Below, piece by piece: positions 30,453 to 39,659 of a stretch of DNA of 64,000 nt; position 1 is the first letter of the stretch; each line of letters begins with the position of its first letter. The notes beneath the pieces were generated by a model. It was not told the origin of the DNA and made no database searches. It saw only the letters and a program-made list of their open reading frames with translations. Where the stretch lies: positions 1-64,000 of IMG/VR virus record IMGVR_UViG_3300005805_000068; one strand, 5' to 3'. The position numbers and the translations under genes were made by a program. The stretch comes from a virus (taxonomy: Duplodnaviria; Caudoviricetes).

Positions 30453-31039
30453 GCAATATAAATTACCTAAGTATTAATGAAAACTTCCCTGTAGCAGGGC
30501 AAGATAACGATACACAGACATTTAGAGATAACTTTGATACTATTAAAACTTCATTAAGAGTAGCCCAAAGTGAAGTAACTGCTTTAGAAAATAATGCAGC
30601 CAAATTAAATGAAACCAATGATTTTGGACTAAACATTGTCGAAAATGCTGTTTTACAAAGAGTCAGAGAACAAAAATTTCCTTTAGAAGGAAGTGGTGAT
30701 GAATATACCGGTGGTTCAGGAATTGATTGGTTAAATGGATCATATCAGATTTGGAGATTCAGCGGCAACTCTACAGTATCTTTTGAAAATCTACCAGGTG
30801 ATCCTGCATACGCATCTGAAGTTGTTCCTGTAGGAGTAGGTAAACTTACATTAGAATTATATAGTACTGGTGGTTCATTTACCATTACATTTACAACATC
30901 AGCGGGTACAGTTATCAAAAAAGATCCAAGTTTCCCAACAACATTTACAGTATCATCATCAACTAATCCTATATTCATTGAAGTTTGGCGTCATAATACA
31001 GACACTATCTTCATGCGCTATTTGGGGCAATTTGCATAA
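30449..31039 (+). CDS. Virion structural protein
   Basis: INENFPVAGQDNDTQTFRDNF N-terminus; GTG start overlapping the upstream stop; late motif at 30409. Confidence 0.55.
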   Translation: MSNINYLSINENFPVAGQDNDTQTFRDNFDTIKTSLRVAQSEVTALENNAAKLNETNDFGLNIVENAVLQRVREQKFPLEGSGDEYTGGSGIDWLNGSYQIWRFSGNSTVSFENLPGDPAYASEVVPVGVGKLTLELYSTGGSFTITFTTSAGTVIKKDPSFPTTFTVSSSTNPIFIEVWRHNTDTIFMRYLGQFA

Positions 31040-31272
31040 TGTTTCACCCTTTCGAAGGTGATATTACTCAACTCAAAGATTCCGAAGTGGAAGAAAAGCT
31101 GTTTGAATTGAATAAAAAATACTTCGCAGCCTACCGTTTAGGTAAACCAGAACTGTTGACACAGCTCGCAACTTTTGTTACAATATATAAAGACGAATTA
31201 AATCGTAGAAATTCGTTACGTATGAAAGGACAATTAGATGGCGATTTGGATCAACTAATCAATGTGGAATAA
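31039..31272 (+). CDS. Hypothetical protein
   Basis: 77 aa; TAATG coupling. Confidence 0.6.
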   Translation: MFHPFEGDITQLKDSEVEEKLFELNKKYFAAYRLGKPELLTQLATFVTIYKDELNRRNSLRMKGQLDGDLDQLINVE

Positions 31273-31726
31273 CACAGAACAAGAATTAATTGAAGGAATT
31301 TTAAAATATGGTCCAGACATTTTGGATCATTGTCAAACTTCTGACGATCTTAAACTTTATCTTGATAGAATAGATCAAGAAAGATTGGATTATCCTCGTC
31401 CAACTGATCATATCGATACAACAGAATGGTTCTTACCAAAAGAATATCAAGACTTAGATATTGAGAAATATTGTTTAGATCTTTGCCAAAATGATGATGA
31501 ATATGCCAGAGTAGCATTAGAATTAGAGCTATTTCGTAAACACAACATGACAGTAATACTTAAATGTATGAAATATGTTGTTGATACTCTTAGAAAAAAT
31601 AATGTAGTTTGGGGTGTGGGTCGTGGATCCAGTGTGGCCAGTTATGTGCTTCACTTAATTGGGGTCCATAAGATCAACAGTATTAAATACAATTTACCAA
31701 TAGAAGAATTCTTCAAGGAGGCATAA
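31262..31726 (+). CDS. Stand-alone fragment of DNA polymerase III alpha (DnaE), lacking the catalytic PDID
   Basis: RV..EL...........Y....V....VGRGSSVASYVLHLIGV.KI....Y.L..E.F matches DnaE, but the ORF stops before the PDID motif. Confidence 0.75.
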   Translation: MWNNTEQELIEGILKYGPDILDHCQTSDDLKLYLDRIDQERLDYPRPTDHIDTTEWFLPKEYQDLDIEKYCLDLCQNDDEYARVALELELFRKHNMTVILKCMKYVVDTLRKNNVVWGVGRGSSVASYVLHLIGVHKINSIKYNLPIEEFFKEA

Positions 31727-31827
31727 TGTCTAAACGTAGAAGTCCATCAAGTATTGCCAGCAGAAATGCTAAAAGAATTTTGGAAGGTCGAAAACCTTCA
31801 AAAACAAGAATTAAAAGGAGAAAATAA
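31726..31827 (+). CDS. 33-aa highly basic peptide (not in ORF track)
   Basis: MSKRRSPSSIASRNAKRILEGRKPSKTRIKRRK; TAATG overlaps at both ends; GGAGG SD. Confidence 0.65.
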   Translation: MSKRRSPSSIASRNAKRILEGRKPSKTRIKRRK

Positions 31828-32054
31828 TGGGTAAAGTATATACCAGTGTGCGTGGTAAGGAAATTGATTTAGAAAAATTAGCTCTAAAACACGAAACAGA
31901 GCCAGCTGTAGGTAATGCTAAATTGAATGCTCGAGGTGACGAAATTGGGCCAGGTGGTAAAATTATTCGCACACGTGAACAGATTTTGCAAGACTATTAT
32001 GCGGCTAATCCACGTGCAATTCGAGAAGAAGTTCCAACACGTAAGAAAGGTTAA
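31827..32054 (+). CDS. Conserved hypothetical protein
   Basis: 75 aa with AAGGAG SD; GNAKLNARGDEIGPGG. Confidence 0.7.
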   Translation: MGKVYTSVRGKEIDLEKLALKHETEPAVGNAKLNARGDEIGPGGKIIRTREQILQDYYAANPRAIREEVPTRKKG

Positions 32055-32057
32055 TCA

Positions 32058-32453
32058 ATGTCTTTAGATCCAATTAAGTGTCAACTTCGTGCTATCAAAG
32101 AAGATGTCCTTGCCCATAATATGGACATGGGAGATCAAGTTACCAGTGCCGGCATCGTGATTCAAAGTGATAATGGTAAAGCACACGGTGTTAAACCTCG
32201 CTGGTGTCAGGTATACAAAGTCGGACCAGAACAGAAAAAATTTAAACCAGGTCAATGGATACTCGTTGAACACGGTCGTTGGACTCGAAAAATCGATATC
32301 GACGACGGGGAAAGCATCAAAGAAGTTCAAAAAGTAGAAACTAAATCCATTATTATTGTTTCAGACGAAAAACCTAATGACTTCTATATCGGACAAGAAT
32401 ATAGTCACGGTGCTGGTCTAGATATCAAACCAGAAGATTTCATGAAAAAATAA
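32058..32453 (+). CDS. groES: GroES-like co-chaperonin (possible capsid-folding role as for T4 gp31)
   Basis: TSAGIVI mobile loop, VYKVGP, V..GQWILVEHG. Confidence 0.7.
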   Translation: MSLDPIKCQLRAIKEDVLAHNMDMGDQVTSAGIVIQSDNGKAHGVKPRWCQVYKVGPEQKKFKPGQWILVEHGRWTRKIDIDDGESIKEVQKVETKSIIIVSDEKPNDFYIGQEYSHGAGLDIKPEDFMKK

Positions 32454-32680
32454 TGTCAAGTAAATTTGACAATATAATAAAGGAGATCCATAATATTTCT
32501 AGGGAATGCAATAATCCCTATAATGATGGAATTTCCTCTTTCGAATTCAAGAAAGATCTATATCAAATTAAATTTGTTGTAGATCACGCTCTTGAAAGCT
32601 GTCCAATTTTTCAAAATGAAAAAGAATGGTTGGACAATCAATCCAAGAAACGTGTAATAGACATACTCAGGTCATCTTAA
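32453..32680 (+). CDS. Hypothetical protein
   Basis: 75 aa; TAATG coupling. Confidence 0.55.
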   Translation: MSSKFDNIIKEIHNISRECNNPYNDGISSFEFKKDLYQIKFVVDHALESCPIFQNEKEWLDNQSKKRVIDILRSS

Positions 32681-32715
32681 ATTACACTACTCACACAGAA
32701 ATAAAGGAGTAAGAA

Positions 32716-33072
32716 ATGACAAATCCATTCCGTGATCAAGAGAATTTTATGCGTGCCTGCGATCAAAGTGTAGGCGAGCCTAATCAAAATCAATTTCTCT
32801 TATATAGGAATCTGATCGAGGAAGAATATAAGGAACTTCAATTTGCTCGCGATAGGGTTGAAGAACTTGATGCTTTGATAGATATCTTAGTCGTAACGAT
32901 CGGCGCGATCCATAGTATGGGGGCTGATGCGGAAGGTGCTTGGAAAGAAGTTATGGCTACTAATTTTGCCAAGGTTGATAAAGACACAGGAAAAGTTCGC
33001 AAGCGTGAAGATGGAAAAGTTTTAAAACCTATAGGGTGGACGCCACCTAATTTAAAACCTTTTATTAAATGA
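32716..33072 (+). CDS. MazG/PRA-PH-like nucleoside triphosphate pyrophosphohydrolase
   Basis: LIEEEYKEL, EELDALIDILVV, V...NFAK, REDGKVLKP.GW.PP. Confidence 0.85.
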   Translation: MTNPFRDQENFMRACDQSVGEPNQNQFLLYRNLIEEEYKELQFARDRVEELDALIDILVVTIGAIHSMGADAEGAWKEVMATNFAKVDKDTGKVRKREDGKVLKPIGWTPPNLKPFIK

Positions 33073-33872
33073 TAAGATTATTATTCTTAGTGCTGTTATT
33101 AACAGCGTCAACTTTATGTTATGCTCACTCTAGCATAGTCTACAATTATACAGATAATGTTCTAGAGTACGAAGAAGATATGGACAAACCAAGACCAATC
33201 GCATCGTTAACAAAGTTAATGACAGCACTATTAATAGTTGAATCGAATCTTGACCTTGCTAAAGAAGTAAAATATAAAGGCGGTATTTGGCAAACACGCA
33301 TGGTATCAAGACAAGAGTTATTAGATTCTTTATTGATACGCAGCGACAATGCAGCGGCTGATGCATTAGCTGATAGTTGGCCAGGTGGGCGTACTTACTT
33401 TATTAAAGAAATGAATTTTCGTGCAGAACAATTAGGCATGACTAAAACTAAATTTTTTGATCCGCACGGATTAGACAAAAGAAATATCAGTTGTGCCAAA
33501 GACCTTGCCAGATTAATTGTTGAAGATAGTAAACACAAATTAATTGCAAATACCTCAACAAACAAATACCTAATGATCGAACGTAAGAATAAGAAAAAAA
33601 TCTCTTATGTGTCTATTGGAAACACCAATAAGAATCTATTATTTGAATTTGACGAAATTATTTTATCCAAAACAGGTTGGACTAACCCAGCGGGTAGATG
33701 TCTTGCTTTGATGGTTCAAAAAGGCGATAAAAAATATGTTATCGTTATTTTGGGCGAATCAACTCCTAAAGATCGTGAAGAAAAAGCTAGACAACTTATA
33801 TTCAACTATGCTATAATGAATGAAACAGAAAAGGATAGACATGAAAATAGGTTTCACTTGTTCCACTTTTGA
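33069..33872 (+). CDS. Serine D-Ala-D-Ala peptidase (peptidase S11, DacA/PbpG-like) with signal peptide
   Basis: PIASLTKLMT (SxxK), SDN (SxN), SKTG (KTG), F.DPHGL; hydrophobic N-terminus. Confidence 0.85.
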   Translation: MIRLLFLVLLLTASTLCYAHSSIVYNYTDNVLEYEEDMDKPRPIASLTKLMTALLIVESNLDLAKEVKYKGGIWQTRMVSRQELLDSLLIRSDNAAADALADSWPGGRTYFIKEMNFRAEQLGMTKTKFFDPHGLDKRNISCAKDLARLIVEDSKHKLIANTSTNKYLMIERKNKKKISYVSIGNTNKNLLFEFDEIILSKTGWTNPAGRCLALMVQKGDKKYVIVILGESTPKDREEKARQLIFNYAIMNETEKDRHENRFHLFHF

Positions 33873-34281
33873 TTTGTTTCACGCTGGGCACATTATGATG
33901 CTCAAAGAAGCCAAGAAACAATGTGATTATTTAATTGTAGGATTACAAACAGATCCTACTATCGATCGACCAAAAAAAAATAAACCTGTGCAAGGTGTTT
34001 TTGAACGATACGTACAACTACAGGCTTGTAAGTATGTTGATGAGGTTGTTCCTTATGCCACAGAAAAAGAACTGTTAGACATATTGCTTTCTTATCCTAT
34101 TAATGTTAGAATAGTAGGACAAGAGTATGAGCACACAGACTTCACAGGACGCGATGAATGCCGATCACACGATATTGAAATCTATTACAATCGTCGTGAA
34201 CACAGTTTTTCAACCTCAGAATTACGACAACGAGTAGTTGCCGCTGAAATTAACAAAGGAATTAGAAATGAGTCAAAATAA
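33841..34281 (+). CDS. Glycerol-3-phosphate cytidylyltransferase-like (TagD family)
   Basis: FDLFHAGH (HxGH), LIVGLQTD, YVDEV, FSTS; ATG at 33841. Confidence 0.85.
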   Translation: MKIGFTCSTFDLFHAGHIMMLKEAKKQCDYLIVGLQTDPTIDRPKKNKPVQGVFERYVQLQACKYVDEVVPYATEKELLDILLSYPINVRIVGQEYEHTDFTGRDECRSHDIEIYYNRREHSFSTSELRQRVVAAEINKGIRNESK

Positions 34282-34525
34282 TGAAAACATCGAAGTAATG
34301 AAAGATATTCGAAATAGGCTAGATGCTGTTCTTAACAAAGAAGAATTTAACGGAACAAAATCTAAAGAAAAGCATCCTGATGCACTTTGGCATTTACGTA
34401 TTAGCATGGCAAAAAGTCTAGTTAGAATAGTTGCAGGTGGAGTATTATGCACAGGTGAATTATTTCTAGCAGGTAGTTTACTGATTCTAGCAGAAGTATT
34501 AGGCATAGTAGAAGAATTGGTATGA
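34268..34525 (+). CDS. Hypothetical membrane protein
   Basis: C-terminal hydrophobic hairpin; ATG at 34268. Confidence 0.6.
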   Translation: MSQNNENIEVMKDIRNRLDAVLNKEEFNGTKSKEKHPDALWHLRISMAKSLVRIVAGGVLCTGELFLAGSLLILAEVLGIVEELV

Positions 34526-34674
34526 CAACCCCGTTGCCACAAGATGAACCGTGGGATTACAAATGTAACCTTTGTAATTGGAAGGGTACTATAGATGAAT
34601 GTGATATACAAGACGAAGGTGATGTCTGCTGTCCTGTATGTGGTGATAACGAACTTGAAATGAGGTCTGAATGA
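34522..34674 (+). CDS. Small zinc-ribbon protein (50 aa, not in ORF track)
   Basis: YKCNLC...CPVCG; ATGA overlaps at both ends. Confidence 0.65.
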   Translation: MTTPLPQDEPWDYKCNLCNWKGTIDECDIQDEGDVCCPVCGDNELEMRSE

Positions 34675-34832
34675 ATATTATAGAACTTGCGGGAGCAGTA
34701 ACCACGTTACATAATATAGCACGAATAGTTGAATCTCAGCTAGGTGTGGGTGATATTAGTAAGTCTATTAGAAAATCTGCAGATGATCTGAGCGACATCG
34801 TTAAACAAGAAAAAAGAAAGGCTGAAGAATGA
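34671..34832 (+). CDS. Small hypothetical protein (53 aa, not in ORF track)
   Basis: MNIIELAGAVTTLHNIARIVESQLG...; fills the gap exactly with ATGA overlaps. Confidence 0.6.
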   Translation: MNIIELAGAVTTLHNIARIVESQLGVGDISKSIRKSADDLSDIVKQEKRKAEE

Positions 34833-35743
34833 AAGAATTGTGGGTAGAAAAATATCGTCCTAAAACACTAGATGGGTATGTATTCCGCGACGACCATCAA
34901 AAGAAACAAATCCAAACTTGGGTCAAGGACAAATCTATTCCGCATCTTTTGTTTAGTGGTAGTGCTGGTATTGGCAAAACTACTATGGCTAAAATTCTTG
35001 TAAACGAGTTAGGCATTGAAGAATATGATGTATTAGAAATTAACGCATCACGTACAAACTCCGTCGAAGACGTTCGTGATAAGATCACTAACTTTGTACA
35101 GATGATGCCGTTCGGTCCGTTTAAAGTAGTATTACTCGACGAGGCCGATTACTTGTCACCAAACGCACAGGCAGCATTGCGTGGTGTTATGGAAGAATAT
35201 CATCAGACAGCACGTTTTATTTTAACTTGTAACTATCCCAATCGTATTATTCCAGCGTTACATAGTAGATGTCAAGGATTCCATATTGAACGTGTAGACC
35301 AAACAGAGTTTATTGCTCGTGTGGCAACTATCTTAGTCGAAGAAAATGTTGAATTTGATCTTGACACACTAGACAACTATGTTAAGGTTACATATCCAGA
35401 CTTGCGTAAATGTATCAATCTTGTACAACAAAATGTAGCAGATAGTAAGTTAGTTGGTGCTAACGATGCCGATGCCGGCGAGCAAGAATGGAAGTTTGAT
35501 ATGGTTGAACTGTTCAAAGCAGGTAAGATCAACGAAGCACGCAAAATGCTTTGTGGTAAATTACGTGCTGAAGAAATGGAAGAAGTGTATCGTTGGTTAT
35601 ATGACAACCTTGCTATCTTTGGCGATGAAGCAAAACAAAATTCAGCAATCTTAATTATTAAACAAGGTCTTGTTGATCATACCTTAATCGTAGACCCAGA
35701 AGTTAACTTAGCAGCCACATTAGTTAAACTAGCAAGGCTCTAA
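34829..35743 (+). CDS. Clamp loader AAA+ subunit (RFC small subunit / T4 gp44-like)
   Basis: WVEKYRP, GSAGIGKTT, EINAS, VLLDEAD, SRC motif. Confidence 0.92.
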   Translation: MKELWVEKYRPKTLDGYVFRDDHQKKQIQTWVKDKSIPHLLFSGSAGIGKTTMAKILVNELGIEEYDVLEINASRTNSVEDVRDKITNFVQMMPFGPFKVVLLDEADYLSPNAQAALRGVMEEYHQTARFILTCNYPNRIIPALHSRCQGFHIERVDQTEFIARVATILVEENVEFDLDTLDNYVKVTYPDLRKCINLVQQNVADSKLVGANDADAGEQEWKFDMVELFKAGKINEARKMLCGKLRAEEMEEVYRWLYDNLAIFGDEAKQNSAILIIKQGLVDHTLIVDPEVNLAATLVKLARL

Positions 35744-36178
35744 GTGAAATTCAAACCAGAAGATCCTGCCAGAAGAAATAGTTTAACCTATCCAATGGAT
35801 GTAGGTTCACCTAAATTTGAACTGGTTCCGGTCAAAAAACAAAAAGATGTAATGCTCAATGTAGCAAGACTACATGCCAAACAAGAATACAACAGGATAA
35901 TGGAACTTGTCGGTGTATTGCAAAAACAAGCAGAAGACATACAACAAAGATTAGATTTAACTGATCAAGTACACGGTGCTGTATACGATTTTCAAATAGC
36001 TCACGGCAACATCTATTGGTTATTGTATGATACTGAAAAAAAATGTACTAGATTATGTCTACAAGGTCCTGAGGACTGGACCACAGGTAAACCTCAACAC
36101 TATGAATATATTACTCGTGTAAAATGGTTAGGTGATTACACCTGGATCGAAGTTAGTGATACTGGAGAATCTTCATGA
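35744..36178 (+). CDS. Hypothetical protein (DUF2452-like)
   Basis: YPMDVGSPKF, G.IYWL, L..PEDW; family assignment from recall only. Confidence 0.5.
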   Translation: MKFKPEDPARRNSLTYPMDVGSPKFELVPVKKQKDVMLNVARLHAKQEYNRIMELVGVLQKQAEDIQQRLDLTDQVHGAVYDFQIAHGNIYWLLYDTEKKCTRLCLQGPEDWTTGKPQHYEYITRVKWLGDYTWIEVSDTGESS

Positions 36179-36411
36179 AAGAAAGATACATGATTGTTAC
36201 ATATATCTTAAAACATTATCAAAAATGGGACGAACTAACGGAATTTAAAAATAGAGTGTCAAAGAAACACCTAACTACCGCTAAGGTAATTTTAGATTTT
36301 AAAGAAAAAAAGATAGTCAAGAATTCTCTTAGACCCGACCTGGGATATGAAGAGCTACTAGAATTCTACAAAAGGTTATTGGGGGATCGATTAACCCCCC
36401 ATTTACCTTAA
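36175..36411 (+). CDS. Hypothetical protein
   Basis: 78 aa; ATGA coupling. Confidence 0.55.
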   Translation: MKERYMIVTYILKHYQKWDELTEFKNRVSKKHLTTAKVILDFKEKKIVKNSLRPDLGYEELLEFYKRLLGDRLTPHLP

Positions 36412-37127
36412 AAATCTTTATAGATTGCTAAAATTTCTTTTACCGCTTCGTGTCTTTCAACATCCTTAACTGTAAAGTGACAAGTTTCAACATAACGATG
36501 ATCTTGGAAATCGTTAAACAATCCTAAGAATTCTAGTAAACCATTATTACTCGGTCGATCTGCTTGCTGTAAATCACCAGTAACAACCATCTTAGATCCC
36601 GTTCCTAATCTCGTTAATAACATTTTCATCTGGCTAGGCGTAGCATTCTGCATTTCGTCAGCGATAATTGCTGCTCGTTTAAATGTTCTACCACGCATAT
36701 AGGCAAGCGGACTGATCTCGATTACTCCTTCTCTAATCATGCTTTCAATCTCTCTTGCGGTATAGTTTTCGGAAAACACGTCCATTATAGGCTTAGTCCA
36801 AGGTTCCATCTTTTCTTGGAGTGATCCTGGTAAGAATCCGTGTTGCTCATCTACTGAAACAGCAGGTCTTGTAATGATAACTTTATCGATCAGATTATCT
36901 TTGAGTTGATTAATAGCCCATTGCACTGCTAACATAGTTTTACCCGTACCTGCAGGCCCGATAGCAAAAACTATCATTTTTTGTGGGTCATTTAGTTTGA
37001 GTAGATATGTTTCTTGACTGAGATTTTTGGGATATATTTGGACTCGCTTGCGCTTCTCTTGGAGTCGTTGATCAATATTTATTACATTATGTTGTAAAGC
37101 TGCTGCTACCGCTCTTTTTCGCTTCAT
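36408..37127 (-). CDS. phoH: PhoH family ATPase
   Basis: GPAGTGKT, ITRPAV, GFLPG, LAYMRGRTF, ADEMQN, TRLG, TGDLQQAD; GGAGG SD. Confidence 0.95.
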   Translation of the reverse strand: MKRKRAVAAALQHNVINIDQRLQEKRKRVQIYPKNLSQETYLLKLNDPQKMIVFAIGPAGTGKTMLAVQWAINQLKDNLIDKVIITRPAVSVDEQHGFLPGSLQEKMEPWTKPIMDVFSENYTAREIESMIREGVIEISPLAYMRGRTFKRAAIIADEMQNATPSQMKMLLTRLGTGSKMVVTGDLQQADRPSNNGLLEFLGLFNDFQDHRYVETCHFTVKDVERHEAVKEILAIYKDF

Positions 37128-37154
37128 ATTAAGGTATTGCCTCCTTTTTGTGAA

Positions 37155-37200
37155 GTGTTAGGTACGGACCTAAAAACAGCTTATGTCCGCGACCGAACAC
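37155..37200 (-). other. Structured 5' leader hairpin of phoH
   Basis: Imperfect inverted repeat GTGTT/GGT/CGGAC ... GTCCG/ACC/AACAC between the late promoter and the SD. Confidence 0.5.
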
Positions 37201-37205
37201 AATCG

Positions 37206-37261
37206 TATTTAAGTCGAAGTCAATAATATAATAGTTTATGTTAAAGTTTCATAGATAAATA
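37206..37261. promoter_or_regulatory. Divergent pair of late promoters
   Basis: TTAAATA on the minus strand (37206-12) and ATAAATA on the plus strand (37255-61). Confidence 0.6.
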
Positions 37262-37276
37262 CAATTAGGAGACATC

Positions 37277-37813
37277 ATGGCAGACATTAAAGACATCATT
37301 ACTAATATAGAACAGATTTACGGGTCTAACAATAGCCTTAATTTGCTCAAGGACTTTGAGCGTGTTATTGACGAGTTAGATACCTATGTTTACGATAATT
37401 GGATCGACGGTGAATTAGTTAGTGGCCCTAAAGAATCACGCTACTTTGTAGAGTGTACATTTATGTGGCCTAAAGATAAGATGCCCGAACCTAAAGGTGG
37501 ACAACGTTTATTAGATTATGGCTGTAAAGTAGAATTTGCAGAAAGCGTAATAAGCCAAGTTCGAAAAATTAAAAATCCAGATGATATTCGCCCCGGGACA
37601 CGAAAAGGTAAGATTGATCAAAAACCTATCTGGATGGTTAAGATCACTATGCCTAAAAAACTCATGCACGATATTACTCGTGGATATACAGAATTAGACA
37701 GAAACAAAATTGAAGATATGGTCACTATGAACGGCGGAGTAAATGCGCATATTGATCCAGCAGAAATACAAGCACAGGAGATGGCAAGTGCCGAACAACA
37801 ATCAGCAGCTTAA
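37277..37813 (+). CDS. Conserved hypothetical late protein
   Basis: AGGAG SD; late promoter. Confidence 0.65.
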   Translation: MADIKDIITNIEQIYGSNNSLNLLKDFERVIDELDTYVYDNWIDGELVSGPKESRYFVECTFMWPKDKMPEPKGGQRLLDYGCKVEFAESVISQVRKIKNPDDIRPGTRKGKIDQKPIWMVKITMPKKLMHDITRGYTELDRNKIEDMVTMNGGVNAHIDPAEIQAQEMASAEQQSAA

Positions 37814-38534
37814 TGAAGGACTTCGTCCTATGGACCTAGCAGAAATGGTCTATCCAACTTTTGAAGTTGATACATACAGTTCTAAAATGGGAGAAGACCG
37901 CGATGTCTGTGTAGTTAGCTTTTGTGTTAAAGATCGTGCTCCAGCAAAAGACCTTATGGAGTTTATCGAAAAAGGTTACTATTTTGTATTAGACAGCGAT
38001 GTTAGTTCTGGAGAAAATTCCGAAGGAGAGTATTCAGTATTTGTCGAACTTCCAAGAAGTCCACGATTAGCAGAACAGATCAAAGAATTAACGTATGGTG
38101 TACGTAAGCTAACAGGGATCGATGATTTTAAATTTAAATATCATAAACAAAATCAAGAACACGCAGTCACAGAAGAAACCTTAAGATCGATTATTCCTGC
38201 AACTGCTAGAGATTATGATGGACTGTTAACTCGCATTAAAGTTGAAGGCATCAAACATTTCTTTAATAAGACACTAATGGATGATCTTACACTTGATAAT
38301 GATATAATCACTATACACAAACCTTTTGATAAAAAAGTACAATTACGTATGATCAAAGAAGGTTCAACAGATACCATCCTCGAAGGATCAACAGATCCGA
38401 TCGCAGCCGACGAAGCTGCTACAAGCGAAATATTTTGGCTCACTAAAGTTTTAGGTGACTACAATATTAATAAAGTAGGTGACAAGTTTGTATTTGACAA
38501 TAACGGTCAATCAATGATTTTACAAAGGATATAA
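37788..38534 (+). CDS. Conserved hypothetical late protein
   Basis: GTG start at 37788 after AGGAG; N-terminal QLNE site. Confidence 0.6.
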   Translation: MPNNNQQLNEGLRPMDLAEMVYPTFEVDTYSSKMGEDRDVCVVSFCVKDRAPAKDLMEFIEKGYYFVLDSDVSSGENSEGEYSVFVELPRSPRLAEQIKELTYGVRKLTGIDDFKFKYHKQNQEHAVTEETLRSIIPATARDYDGLLTRIKVEGIKHFFNKTLMDDLTLDNDIITIHKPFDKKVQLRMIKEGSTDTILEGSTDPIAADEAATSEIFWLTKVLGDYNINKVGDKFVFDNNGQSMILQRI

Positions 38535-38535
38535 G

Positions 38536-39165
38536 ATGAGTTTTACATTTGATTTTAAAAAAGAACATCTAGCACAAGTTATTCCTGGAAATCCATATTT
38601 GGATCACTGGCATCATGCACTCAGCGAGATACTTCCAGAATATGAAATTAATACTCCGAAACGTGTTGCTGCTTTTCTAGCACAGTGTGCTCATGAGAGT
38701 GGCGGATTTAAATTTTTGAAAGAGAATCTAAATTATAGAGCAGAAACTCTTGTTAAACTCTTTAAAAAATATTTTCCAACATTAGAAGAAGCGAAAAAAT
38801 ACGAGAAACAACCAGAAAAGATCGCTAACAAGATCTACGGTGGACGTATGGGAAATGGTCCAGAGGCAAGCGGCGATGGGTTCCGCTATTGTGGACGTGG
38901 ACTTATACAATTAACAGGCAAAGACAATTATACATTGTTTGCTGCGTCTATTGATACTCCAATAGAAGAAATTCCAGAATACCTGCAAACTTTCGAAGGT
39001 GCTGTTCAATCAGCCTGCTATTTCTGGGAAAGCACAGGATTAAACAAAGAAGCCGATGCTGGTGATATCAAAACTATGACTCGCAAAATTAACGGCGGAT
39101 ATATCGGACTTGAAGATCGTATCAAACATTATGAACACGCTCTTCATATCTTTGGAGCACATTAA
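38536..39165 (+). CDS. GH19 chitinase-like endolysin
   Basis: AAFLAQCAHES, ENLNY, GDGFRYCGRGLIQLTGKDNY, INGG..GL.DR. Confidence 0.9.
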   Translation: MSFTFDFKKEHLAQVIPGNPYLDHWHHALSEILPEYEINTPKRVAAFLAQCAHESGGFKFLKENLNYRAETLVKLFKKYFPTLEEAKKYEKQPEKIANKIYGGRMGNGPEASGDGFRYCGRGLIQLTGKDNYTLFAASIDTPIEEIPEYLQTFEGAVQSACYFWESTGLNKEADAGDIKTMTRKINGGYIGLEDRIKHYEHALHIFGAH

Positions 39166-39167
39166 TT

Positions 39168-39659
39168 ATGTGGTTGCTCAATTTTGTTTGGAGCATGTTG
39201 CCAGATAGTTTTTTACAATGGATTATTAATGTAGTCCTTTACGTAGGTTTATTTTCTACTATTTCTGGTTTTTTCTTAGCATGGATTCCATTTTTCAATA
39301 GATATAAATTACCATTACAGTTAGTAGGTATTATATTACTAGCCGCTGGTTTATTTTTCAAAGGCGGATATGCTACAGAAATGATGTGGCGCGAACGTGT
39401 AAAAGAACTAGAATCTAAAATTGCGATTGCTGAAGATAAATCCAAAAAGGCTACAGAACAGCTTAATAATAAAGTTAAATCACAAACAAAAGTAATACAC
39501 GATACAAAAGTGATCACTAAGGAAAAAATTAAGGTGGTTGAAAAACTTATCGACAGAGAATGCAAAGTACCTAAAGAAGCAGTTGACGTACACAACGAAG
39601 CCGCAAAGGCTCCGGTTGTTGAAGTTGGCCCTGTTGTAATCGAAGGGGGCAAAAAATGA
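39168..39659 (+). CDS. i-spanin (Rz-like)
   Basis: N-terminal TM helices then a coiled-coil; overlaps a downstream lipoprotein. Confidence 0.7.
   Translation: MWLLNFVWSMLPDSFLQWIINVVLYVGLFSTISGFFLAWIPFFNRYKLPLQLVGIILLAAGLFFKGGYATEMMWRERVKELESKIAIAEDKSKKATEQLNNKVKSQTKVIHDTKVITKEKIKVVEKLIDRECKVPKEAVDVHNEAAKAPVVEVGPVVIEGGKK

Noticed and set aside
31726-31830. Frameshifted continuation or split intein completing DnaE
   Set aside because: Downstream frames contain no PDID or intein motif and are occupied by coupled small ORFs.
33841-34281. Cytidylyltransferase as the missing KdsB for the Kdo pathway
   Set aside because: It has the HxGH (TagD) fold, whereas KdsB belongs to a different, GT-A-like nucleotidyltransferase family.
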